Below, piece after piece: positions 34,401 through 44,980 of a stretch of 64,000 bases of DNA. Source of the DNA: Octopus sinensis (taxonomy: Eukaryota); the NCBI RefSeq assembly GCF_006345805.1, contig NC_043003.1, forward strand, positions 96,472,001 to 96,536,000, read 5' to 3'. Under the pieces are notes generated by a model. The model ran no database searches, was not told the origin of the DNA, and saw only the letters and a list, made by a program, of their open reading frames with translations. How positions within the stretch are numbered: the first letter of the stretch is position 1; every line of letters begins with the position of its first letter. The translations under genes were made by a program, and so were the position numbers.

Positions 34401-37400
34401 TTATAGTTATTTCCCTTACAAACCTGAGCAACGCCGGGCGATACTGCTAGTTAATATATAAAAACATTACTAAATGTCTAGTTTATGTAGAACCCAAGCA
34501 TTGTTAATTTAATCAGATGGTGAACAACTTAACGTGTTTGTCTTTAAAGTTCTTTTTACTCATACTTGGGTCAGTGAAATGCAGTGGCAAGTTGAATGTA
34601 GGGCTTTTGAGCTAGTTCTGATATCATTCAGATTATACAAGTTTGTGTATAATCTAACAATTTCAATGCGAAGGAAAATAACTGTCTAGAGTTACGTCCC
34701 TTCATCTGAGTCTATAGTACTCGGAATTGTATATATTCGTATTTTTCGACTGGTCAAATATTTTCAACATAGCGATGTTGACGCGTCTTTAAAGGCACAC
34801 ACTAGCAGTATAGTTCTCTGGATGTGTGATGCGAGTAGTGGATTTACCAATCCACATTACAGGCTACTTGTGTAAGAGAGCAAGAATAAGAACTGATGCA
34901 GGGTAACGAGGGACTCTTTAGTTCTTGCGTGGGACAAATTTTCCATTGTTAGTGGCACGATAAAATGCACCAAAGCATACGCAGAAAGCTGGCTTTGATG
35001 ACATGTCTTTGTAAGATGTCTTGGACCATGTTGATCCGTCCTTACCATGCTAGCATAGGGAAATGATGATGTTATGTCGTCAGTATTGATCTGAACATCA
35101 CTAGAACTGAAGAGATCACTATACTGTGCATGTTTTTTTTTCCCACTGATTACAAGGACTGAATCATTAAACTCCACTGAAAGGATTTGACCAGCTCAAA
35201 GTCCCCCCCCCCCAAAAAAAAGACTTAGTAACACTAGAAAGAAACAAATCAATTTTCTAAAGATGTAATTATTCTTTTTTTAAGCTGTTGGGGGTGAAAA
35301 TACATTGGAATAGGTTCCAGGTTTGCTGGGAATGTTTTATCTGTGATAGATGAGTATCTTATTTTGGGAAAGATTCATAATTTACTCACTGAATGCAGTG
35401 AGTTTCAATCATTTTTGATGGTAGCCTTCTAAGAATGCATTTTTATCAACAGAAAGCTAAATTTTATTTTCTTTAGGAATTTCACATTAATTTCTATCAA
35501 TATTCCAAGCACATTGCATTAATTTGTTTTATAATCTGCTTATATTACAAAAATTTAGCTAAATATCAGTCTTATGAGTTCACTTGTTTTGTATAATCAT
35601 GCTTTTACATGGTTGATTGATATTCAATGTTGTGTTTTGTCTTTATATAATTATTTATATTTTTACATCTTGATTGTTGTGCCTTTTCTTTTCTTTTCTT
35701 TTCTTTTAAAGTATGTCGACAGTGATGTTGACGAAGAATTATTATTTAATATTCCGTAAGTATATATTTCAAAATCAGTAATTTATTATTTTCATCCTTA
35801 GAAAATGTTGAAATAACTCTGTGTCGCAGTGGGGGATAAACATGAATTTTTAGAAGGAATAGAAATGGACAGTGTAATGATTATATTTTTCCTAAGGGTG
35901 TTTGTAATGTAATTGAAATGAAATAACATCGAATGGTTATGAGGGTCCACCTGAGTAAAGTAGGAATCAAAGGGGCCCATAGGTAAAGAATGGGTGAGAA
36001 ACACCGATCTAATTCATTGTTAATAAAACATCAGTCTTCTCTTCATTTAATTAATGGTTACCAATACATTAAATTCCTGCCTTTAGCCTACTTAATAATC
36101 CTTTCTACTAAAGGAGCAAGGCCTAAAATTTAGTAGGAGGGGACTAGTCAATTTAATTGACTCCTGTACTCAACTGGTACTTAATTTATTGACCCCAAAA
36201 GGATGAAAAGCAAAGTCAGCCTGGGTGGAATTTGAACTCAGAACATAAAGATAGATGAAACGCCGGTAAGCATTTTGCCCTGTGTGCTAACAATTCTGCC
36301 AGCTCACTGCCTAAGCCTACTTAATAATGCTGTTACATGATAGTCTTCATTCCTACTAATTAATCATTACTAATGCACCATAGATTTTCTTTTCTCGATA
36401 TAATTAATAGATACTTATGCATTATAATTTTACTTCTCACCAACTAATTAATACTTCGTTACACACTGAAGTTTTACATCTTTCTAACAATATAGGTCAA
36501 AGAATCTTGACTGATGCTGTGCAATGGGATTGAATCAAGAATTTCTTAATGTCACAGTCATGCACATGTGGTTTATTATTATGCTGGAAGTCATACATAT
36601 GCTGATGTGTTGAGAAATAAATAGATCAATAACAAACTTATTCTGATCAGAAAAGATGTTTGCCAATTGCTTAGTTTCATTATTTGTCAAATTTATGAAT
36701 TCCCCCTTTTTTGTGTCTTTTTGCTAGATTTACAGGCCATGTTAAGCTGAAAAGTATTATTGTCATTGGAGGTGGTGAAAATACGGATCCATCAAAGATG
36801 AAGCTGTAAGTTATTCATCATCATTGTCATCACCATCATTATCATTGTCAGTGTTGTCATTTTACAGCTGGCATAAGTTGGACAAGTCATTCTTTTTTCT
36901 TTTTTAAAAGAATATTTTGCTCATAGTAAATTTTACCTTCTAATTGTTTTGATTAGAATTATTGATCAAGCAATGTGAATGTAACAAAACGAAATAAGCC
37001 AGTAACATATGATGAAACATATGTAGACTATTCAAAACTCAAGACAAATATATATATCTTCTATGAACTTCAGGGATTTGAATTAAACATATGAAAATAT
37101 ATAAAACATTAATTCCTGTAACATGCTTGATCTAAATCTCAGCACCATAGAGTTGTTGGTAATAATACAGTCACAAAGTTGAGAAAAAATGTTATCCTCA
37201 TTTTCTTCCAGTTTTACATTTTGGCTCCAGTTATTTTACAGAGTTCATCAGCACTGTATTGTAGATGATGACAAAAATTCATAAGGACTTAGAATTTCAT
37301 TTTAATTAATTAGAATACTAGGGGTAGAGTCCACGATTTTGATAGGCCTTCCTAGACTAACGAGGTTGATGCAGCTAATATTCAGCCTGAAATTTGTATG

Positions 37401-40400
37401 TCATTGACTACAGGAAAAGTGTGATTGATGTAGGAATTCCAAACAGCTGCAGTCCAGCGGATGAAGGTCTGAGTAAAGTGTTTAGTGCAGATTCTGAGGG
37501 GTGAAGTAGATGGGTCTAGGTAGAGAGGATAGTTAACTAGTTTAACTTTTTTTTTTATCATATGTCTGTTGACTTTGTTTCAATTAATTAAAAGGTTGGA
37601 GACCACTATCATTAAACGCTACACCTCTATAACATATATTTCGTTTTAACATCTATATTTTTCTCTAGTGATAAGTTTGACTGAAATTTGATATTGAAAA
37701 CTTCCTATCAGTTATTCAATCAACTTTTGTTTAGGTTCAAAAACCGTCCAGCAATGACATTTGATGACACAAATGCTGAAGCAGACCAAGAATTTGATCT
37801 TAATCCTGACCCAGAAGGCCAACTGCAGTATGCAACAAAGTAAATTTTTGTTTTCAGTATCTCCAATATTTATCTCTTTTACAACCACTGTTTCTTAGAT
37901 TATTAACAATTGAACTTTATTTGTTATCATGCTTTACCTTGCTAATAAAAACTGAAGATTTAGCTTTGTGCTTGCATGCAAGTCAGTAAGCTAGAGAAAC
38001 ATACCCTGAATTAAGGAATAAAAGAGAGGTGCTTGGTCTAAAGGCATTAATTATTTTTCAACTCATTGTTCTTCTAAGATTTCCGTTTTGTGGAATGATG
38101 TTTTTTTATTTCTCTTTTGATTTGAGATAAAAAAAAAACAACTTTGTTATCAGATAATGAATGAGAAAATATGACATAACATGCATGCCTTTACTATTAT
38201 ATGACAGAAATGAATAACTTCTAGCAAAAATGGAAACCTGTTTATAGAATGGATCTTACCTCTGTTCTATAGCAATCTGTGTGTGTGTGTGTGAGTCAAA
38301 AATTTTTTTGGATTTTCACCAAAGTTTTTTGACAACTTCTGTCTCCATGTTAAATCATTGAAACACCTGGTGCTAAAATTTTCTTTCAACATGCTTTATA
38401 TCTTGGCTCTGGTGATTTTACGGAGTTCATCAGCTCTGTATTTTAGATGATGACAAAAATTCATAAGGACTTATAATTTCATTTTAATTAATTAGAATAC
38501 CAGGAGTAGAGCCCATGATTTTGATAGGCCTTCCTAGACTAACGAGATTGATGCAGCTAATATTCAGCCTGAAATTTGTCTGTCAATGACTGCAGGAAAA
38601 GTATGGTTGGTGTAGGAATTCCAAACAGCTACAGTCCAGCGAAGTGGTTGGTATTAGGAAGGGCAAACAATCAGAAAAACCTTGCCAAAACAAACACAGT
38701 AACCTGGGGTAGCTTCTACCTGGCTGGCTCCTGTCAACCATCCTACCCATGCATGCAAGACAAATGTTAGACGATGATGATGATGATATTGTTAATATAT
38801 ATTTTGGAATAATACATAACATAAACTTTAAATTAGTTGGAGAATATTGTGAATATATCTTTTTTTAGTAGTCTTTTAATGTAACCTATATTTGTAAGCA
38901 ACAAACTTCCACACAAACTCACACACATTCATACAACTGCACAAAAACTGCATTTATTGCAACACCTAACGTTAACACCTTAACACATTTAAAGAATGTA
39001 AATTTATAACTCTTCAGTCTAAGACAGTGGTTTTCAACCAGGGTTCCGCCAGTACAGTCCAGGGGTTCAGCAAAAAGTTACAAAAATGCTAAAATCGGCA
39101 GTAATTTTTAATTCTCCTGTGCAGATATGTGTGCATAAGACAATTAAATTATTGCACAGGGGTTCCTCGAGCCAGTGGAATGTTTCCTTGGGGTTCTGCT
39201 CCAGCAAAAAGGTTGAAAAGCACTGGTCTAAGAAATACTATTAATTATCTACTTGAATATCTTTCCAGTTCATTTTCCACATTTGACTGACTAATGTACT
39301 TTTTCTCACTTAACTTTTTAATTTTTTAAAATTCATTTACTCTGATCTTCATTCATTTATTAATTAATTTGAAAGTGTCTATTTCACGTGCTCTTAGTAC
39401 TTACTCCCTCTCTTTACCTGCCACTTGTAAAGTCCACCTTCTCTCTTAGCCTACCTATGGCTCCACTGCACCTCAGAATGTCCATAGTTTATATGTATGT
39501 TTGTCCTCATGGAGGTGAGGGATGAGGTGGTGAAACTTGATCTTTGAATGTTGAGCTTCACGGAGGCAATGACAAGCGACTGAGACCATGGCAACATGCT
39601 GTGCTTGAGAGAACTTGTTAAGCCAAGTGAAGCTGTAGGCGTGGCCATTGCCATTGTCATGTATATGGCACTTGTGCCAGTGGCATGTAAAAAGCACCCA
39701 TTACTCTTGGAGTGGTCAGCATTAGGAAGGGCATCCAGCCATAGAAACCATGCCAAATCAGACTGGAACTTGGTGCAGCCCTCTGGCTTACCAGTTCCAG
39801 TCAAACTGTCTAACTTATGCCGGCATGGAAAGTGGATGTTAAATGATGATGATGATGATGATATATATATATATATATAAAATTTAAAGGTCTGACCACT
39901 AAAAGTGGACGGTCAACATGCTAGATATAGACGTCAAATCACTATTTTTAGTGGTCGGTCCTTTAAATTTTGTATGTAAAAATATTTTAATCTTCGGATT
40001 TTTTTAATATGCTAGGCCACTGGTTTTAATTGATTAATATCAATTTCTACCCTTATTCAATTTTATATATATATATAAAAGAATAAAATAAAACTGGATT
40101 GAAATTTTAATTTGTTATCTTAATAGATATTTGAATATATATTCTTTAATATTATTTTACTAACTTCCTGTTTTTTTTTTTTCTAGAGTGGCTCGTTTTA
40201 ACCAAGTAGAACACCTTACAATATATTTTCCTACTAATTTTGGTGCTGAATTAACAAGAATATATTATATTGGACTTCGAGGAGATTTCACTACAGTAAG
40301 TTCATTAGCAATCATTGACTGTAGATCTTTTGTAGAACTTTTCTTTTTAATGTTAAAAGATGGTAGTGGATTGGGTAGAAATGGTAGAATACTCTAAGTT

Positions 40401-42885
40401 AATATCTCATTTAATTTAATTTTATCTTTCTTGTATGAGTTAAAATCGTATCACAAAGTCAAAATTTTGCCATGCATTTCTTTGATGGTTAGTTAAATTA
40501 ATTATTTCTCCTAAGGCATGAGGCCTGACATTTTGGTGGGAAGGACTGTCAATCACATTGACCCCAGAGGTCAAGTGGTGCTTAATTTATCGACCCTGAA
40601 AAGATAAAAGGCAAGGTCAAACATGGTGCAATTGAACTCAATGTAAAGTCAGAAAATGCCACCACTAAGCATTTTCTCTGACATGTTCACCACTCTGGTT
40701 ATTTAAATTAATACTAAGCTATATGAAATTAATGCATTCAAGCTTTGGTGTTGGAGAAGACTTTTGCGGATTCCATGGACAGCGAGGCTCACCAGTGGAG
40801 AAGGTCTTAAGCAGATAAGGCCGAAAATGTCACTAGAAGCTGGGATCACCAAGCGTAGATTGGCATATTTCGGTCATATTATGCAGAGAGAATCCCTGGA
40901 GAAGGACATCATGATCGGAAAGGTCAGTGGCAAGAGAAGAAGAGGCCGACCAAGAACCCGCTGACTTGACACCATCAGGAGTGATACCGGAATGGACATA
41001 GCCAATCTGAAAGAAGCAGCCCAGGATAGAACTGACTGGAGGACACTGATCCAATGAGTGACCGAGAGTCGACTTCGACTGAGCGGATAGAGAGAGATAT
41101 GGAAAGATTGATGTAAAATTTCCTGTTTCTACGCATACAGGCTTGTCCTTTCAAGTGCCAGTGCCACTTACAAAGTACCCGTACCAGTGCTGTGTTAACA
41201 CACCCATGCTGGTGGAATGTAAAAAGCACCCAGCACACTCTGCTAAGTGGTTGGCATTAGGAAGGGCATCTAGCTGTAGAAACCATGCCACATCAGACAA
41301 TTGGAGTCTGGACAGCTCCCTGGTAACTGGCTCCGTGTCAAACAATCCAACCAATGCCAGCATAGAGAGCAAACGTTAAACAATGATGAATAAAGATCTC
41401 TGTTCTCTCTTCAAAGAAATTGCCACTAAAAGACAGTCAGATGGCAGAAAAAGTAAACCAATAATTTGAAATGTATTTTCTAATTTCATTTTGCTATATT
41501 TCAAGTTCATGCCATGCTGTGACTTTCCTTTTTTTTTGCTCCCTATATGATTAATAAAGTAAGTGTGTAATAACAATTATTTCATTTCATCTAAACAACA
41601 CCTTACTGTAAAAGCTGACTCTATATATAATCAAACGAAATCCTTATTAATGCTATATAGATAATAGAAGTGGTAGGGTTTTTTTTTTGCTGGTTTTTAG
41701 GTTCTGAGTGGAAATATTACTAGGGTTAATAAAAGTATTTAAAGGGAAAAATTTGACAAGTCAGTCAGTCACCGGCTGACACTCGCTGACAATACATCAA
41801 AGAGGCCAGGGAACAGAAGAAAGAAGATATGCACCCAACACCAGAGCTGAAGACACCTCTGAAAGGGGGGTGGGGGCGCCACGTCAAAACGGTAGAGGAG
41901 TAGGGGCCGAAACCGGACGTGGTTCCTCCTGATGATGTCTTGAGCTAACTTGATCCTATAAAGGAGCTCTTGTGGTAGCAGACCATGAAACACGGTTGTA
42001 ATTCCTCCTTCCTACACACCAGTATTTCAACTAACTAGATGTCTTCCTTACAGCCATTGTGCTAGCATCAGAAGGTTTATCATTTCTGTTAATTCACCAT
42101 CCTATAAAGATTATGATTTCTTTCAAAGCAACAAGTGACATGTTTGTAGGTGAGGAGTTGTTAATTGTATTGACTTAGATACAAGACTGGTAATTATAAT
42201 ATGGGGTATAATGATTCATTCTACGTTAGGCACAAGACCGGAAATTTTTGAAGGAGTGGATTAATTGATCACATCAACCCCTTGTGCTCCACTGGTACTT
42301 ATTTTATCAATTCTGAAAGGATGAAAGCCAAAGTTGACCTTGGCAGAATTTAAACTTAGAGCATTAGCCAGAAGAAATGCTGCTAGGCATTTTACCTAAT
42401 GCACCAACAATTCTACCAGCTCACCATCTTTATACAAATTTTAACAATGGTTTCTAACATAAGGCACAGGGCCATAAATTTTGGGTGTATGTGTGTAGTC
42501 AGTTATATTGATTCTCCTGCTACCACTTTCATTACTTGACTAACATGTATTTCATTAATCAGGAGAATGAAATTTGGTTTCAGCAGGATTTAAACTCAGG
42601 ACAAGGCTAAATATCACTAGGCATTTTGCTGTCAGACTTTACCCTCTACTGATAAATGTAATATTATTTGTACTGGTTTTAGTAATTGTAGTTTTTATAT
42701 ATTTATTAATTTAGTACATAATGGAAATGGTTACATGTATATAATATATCTATGATAAATATGTTAAAATTTACTAATTTCAGATAAAACGCCATGGAGT
42801 CACTATATGTAATTATGAAGCACGAGCTAATCCTGCTGATCACAAGGTCAATTCCTTAGAAATGATGGGTAAGATGATTCAGTGA
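31207..42885 (+). CDS. PITHD1: PITH domain-containing protein 1, 211 aa. join(31207..31404,35712..35755,36728..36805,37735..37839,40187..40295,42784..42885)
   Basis: All introns are GT-AG with phases 0,2,2,2,0. Product motifs LYLKID...CLNE...VFKPW, DSDVDEELLFNIPFTGHVKLK, YYIGLRG and RHGVTICNYEARANPADHK match PITHD1 orthologues from memory. Confidence 0.97.
32141..32470 (-). mobile_element. RTE 3' UTR-type retroposon copy
   Basis: catcatcatcgtttaacgtccgttttccatgc terminus shared with 14903; internal units of about 55 bp. Confidence 0.85.
32660..32960 (+). mobile_element. Diverged SINE A-related copy
   Basis: gtgtggttaagaag head remnant; gtagatttggttgactgaaag centre. Confidence 0.6.
33230..33430 (+). 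mobile_element. Decayed LINE RT fragment
   Basis: KKHNLSDSDNYGSISFTS...LTDDQ*DF resembles the NYRPISL and QYGFR region. Confidence 0.5.
34064..34450 (+). mobile_element. Non-autonomous Helitron (387 bp)
   Basis: A|TC 5' end, CTAG|T 3' end, GC-rich subterminal hairpin, no TSD; a near-identical copy lies at 62866-63252. Confidence 0.88.
35712..35755 (+). CDS. PITHD1: PITHD1 exon 2
   Basis: YVDSDVDEELLFNIP; aag acceptor, gtaagt donor. Confidence 0.95.
36100..36315 (-). mobile_element. SINE family C
   Basis: ggtacttaatttattgaccccaaaaggatgaaaagcaaagtc...ggaatttgaactcag. Confidence 0.75.
36728..36805 (+). CDS. PITHD1: PITHD1 exon 3
   Basis: FTGHVKLKSIIVIGGGENTDPSKMKL; tag acceptor, gtaagt donor. 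Confidence 0.95.
37220..37460. repeat. About 240-bp dispersed direct repeat, copy 1 (copy 2 at 38402-38641)
   Basis: Colinear homology from ttggctc..g to agtccagcg. Confidence 0.85.
37735..37839 (+). CDS. PITHD1: PITHD1 exon 4
   Basis: FKNRPAMTFDD...QLQYATK; tag acceptor, gtaaat donor. Confidence 0.95.
38402..38641. repeat. About 240-bp dispersed direct repeat, copy 2
   Basis: See copy 1. Confidence 0.85.
39025..39225. mobile_element. hAT-family MITE (201 bp)
   Basis: TIRs CAGTGGTTTTCAACC / GGTTGAAAAGCACTG; 8-bp TSD gtctaaga at 39017-39024 and 39226-39233. Confidence 0.92.
39430..39862 (+). mobile_element. RTE 3' fragment with UTR and (GAT)n tail
   Basis: Reverse complement of 14903-15550-type sequence. 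Confidence 0.8.
40187..40295 (+). CDS. PITHD1: PITHD1 exon 5
   Basis: VARFNQVEHL...GLRGDFTT; tag acceptor, gtaagt donor. Confidence 0.95.
40740..41098 (+). mobile_element. RTE-BovB-like LINE 3' end
   Basis: AFKLWCWRRLLRIPWTAR...LAYFGHIMQRESLEKDIMIGKVSGKRRRGRPRTR*LDTI...WRTLI; (GA)n tail. Confidence 0.85.
41140..41390 (+). mobile_element. RTE 3' UTR-type retroposon copy
   Basis: cattaggaagggcatctagctgtagaaacc...cgttaaacaatgatga. Confidence 0.75.
42230..42425 (-). mobile_element. SINE family C
   Basis: actggtacttattttatcaattctgaaaggatgaaagccaaagttgacc. Confidence 0.7.
42784..42885 (+). CDS. PITHD1: PITHD1 exon 6 (terminal)
   Basis: IKRHGVTICNYEARANPADHK...MIQ*; cag acceptor, TGA stop. Confidence 0.95.
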   Translation: MKRHGVTICNYEARANPADHKVNSLEMMGKMIQ

Positions 42886-43008
42886 AACATCTGATGAGTG
42901 GAAAAGGAAGACAACTTAATTAAAAACAACAAATGGACACAAAATACAATAAATAAATAAATTTAAAAAATGCTAATTCAAGAAAAATAAAATGTTTCTT
43001 CATATTTC

Positions 43009-43014
43009 AATAAA
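43009..43014 (+). terminator. Candidate PITHD1 polyadenylation signal (AATAAA; others at 42948 and 42986)
   Basis: AATAAA followed by T/GT-rich sequence, about 125 nt after the stop codon. Confidence 0.4.
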
Positions 43015-43599
43015 GTTTTTGTTAAAGAAATATTGTGGAGGTTATTGAAGTCACTTTTTTTTTTCAATTTGCTTGAAGATATTGCTTACTTCACTGGAAA
43101 CTATTTTTTCCTTCCATTTATTTTCATAGCCAGTATGTCCATTAAAACACTATAATATATATATATGTGCTAGTAGGGTGCCAAGAGCACCATCCGAGTG
43201 TGATCGTTGCCAGAGCAGCCAACTGGCTTCCATGCCAGTGGCACGTAAAAGGGCACCATTTGAGCGTGATCGTTACCAACGTCGCCTTACTGGCACCTGT
43301 GCTGGTGGCATGTGTAAAAGGATTCGGGCGAGGTCGTTGCCAGTACCGCCTGACTGGCCCCCGTAATGTCTTTGAGCTCCTTGCTATTTTGAACTAATCC
43401 ACCAATCTCTCATTCTAGCGTCATTATGGCCTGGACCACAACAGTTCAAACCAATTAAAAACCTAGCAACACCAATGCTGCATTTTCTTGTTATCTCTCC
43501 CATATATATCTTCAAGTCCTCACTTCTAATTAAAAGAATATGATTTTCCTATCTTTAACAAAGTAATAAAAGAATTCTATATTTACTTACTCCCTCCAC

Positions 43600-43830
43600 A
43601 ACACTAATCTCAAAAAGTCTTCTTGTGAACGTGACCTGGGTGTTATTGTCGACAGCGATTTGCATTGGACAAAACACATCGCTAAAATTGCCAAGAAGGC
43701 TGAGGGTGTCTTGGCATCACTCACCAAGCCCTTTGTGAGCCGCTCTCCAGCTATCTATCTGCGGCTTTATATAGCTATGGTATGACCTCACCTGGAATTT
43801 GCATCATCGGTCTGGAAGCCGTCAGCAACG
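43600..43830 (+). mobile_element. Old CR1/L2-type LINE fragment
   Basis: RDLGVIVDSDLHWTKHIAKIAKKA...LYIAMV*PHLEFASSVW. Confidence 0.75.
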
Positions 43831-44955
43831 TGCAGCCAAGAGAATACCTTCCATCAGGCATTAGCCATATTCTGAACGCCTTACTTTCCTGGGCATGGAC
43901 ACATTGAAACTCTGACGTCTGGCAGCTGACTTGGCAGACACCCATAAAATTAGGTTCCAAGTTCACAGATGAGGCTGGATCTAGGGATCTGTATCAGGGT
44001 TTCATTATGACAGTTATGTATTATATTAGAGGAAAAAGCAAAACCAAGACAGAATGAATATCTTAATTCATTTAGAATAATTTAATTAGGGTAAGGTGAA
44101 TTTGCAGTCATACAGCCGTTTCTGAGATAACTCAAGTAGTAGGTTAGCATGTCTATGCACTGGAGACATTAAACGAAGGACATATTTATACGGCACAGAA
44201 CGTTTTTTTTTTTACCTCAATAGACGTCATTGATTGGTTGAAATTGCAGAAATTGAAGAAAAACAACAAATATCTTACAAACTATAGGATTTTCTCAATA
44301 AAGCCAAGAGAAAAAGATGTTTTATAAACATATTCTACCAGTATACGAATTTAAAATTTTTTTAGTTACCTAGATACTATGTTAAAAACATAGATTTGCA
44401 TTATTTACATCAAATCAACTAGAGGTACAAGGAAAATTTGTAAAATATTCCCGGGATTCTCCATTTGAGGTTCCTAGGCTGAACGTAGGCACTCAGTCAT
44501 CTACACATAAAATACGCAAGCACGCACACATATACATATAAACAGCAACGAAGCATACACACTCTTGTGTATTAACATGATGCACACACCCTTTACAGCA
44601 GCGCAAGTTTATCACACCCGCACTCATGCGCGCAAAGACACATACACACATGCGTCGACATACCAACCAATTTAGATAATCACAATTCCGCAGAACTTTG
44701 TTAGAGACCGGATTGAATTCTGCAAAAGTAAAAACCAATAAAAAAAAAACATTTTTACTTTTTGTGTGAGGAAGTTTATAAATCGCAACAATTAGATAAT
44801 CGTCTAGGTTGTAATATTTTTCAAAGAAATATGTTATTCTAAACAGGAAAATCGTAAATAAATTTTCTTATACTTGAAAAAGTAAAGTTTGAAATATATA
44901 TATTTCGTTACCGACAGAGAATACGAAACTAAAGAATTATTATTGTTGTCAGAAG

Positions 44956-44980
44956 ATGAACATGGCGTGCACACAGCGTG
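44956..44980 (+). CDS. MRPL22: MRPL22 putative exon 1
   Basis: ATG AAC ATG GCG...CGT G|gtaggg; phase 1 fits exon 2. Confidence 0.6.

Noticed and set aside
34660-34720. Third hammerhead-like motif (minus strand CAGATGA aggg acgtaa ctct AGAC) next to a possible Penelope remnant at 34760-35150
   Set aside because: The core is mutated in both halves, and no stem I partner or NUH site could be found. The Penelope assignment is too weak to report.
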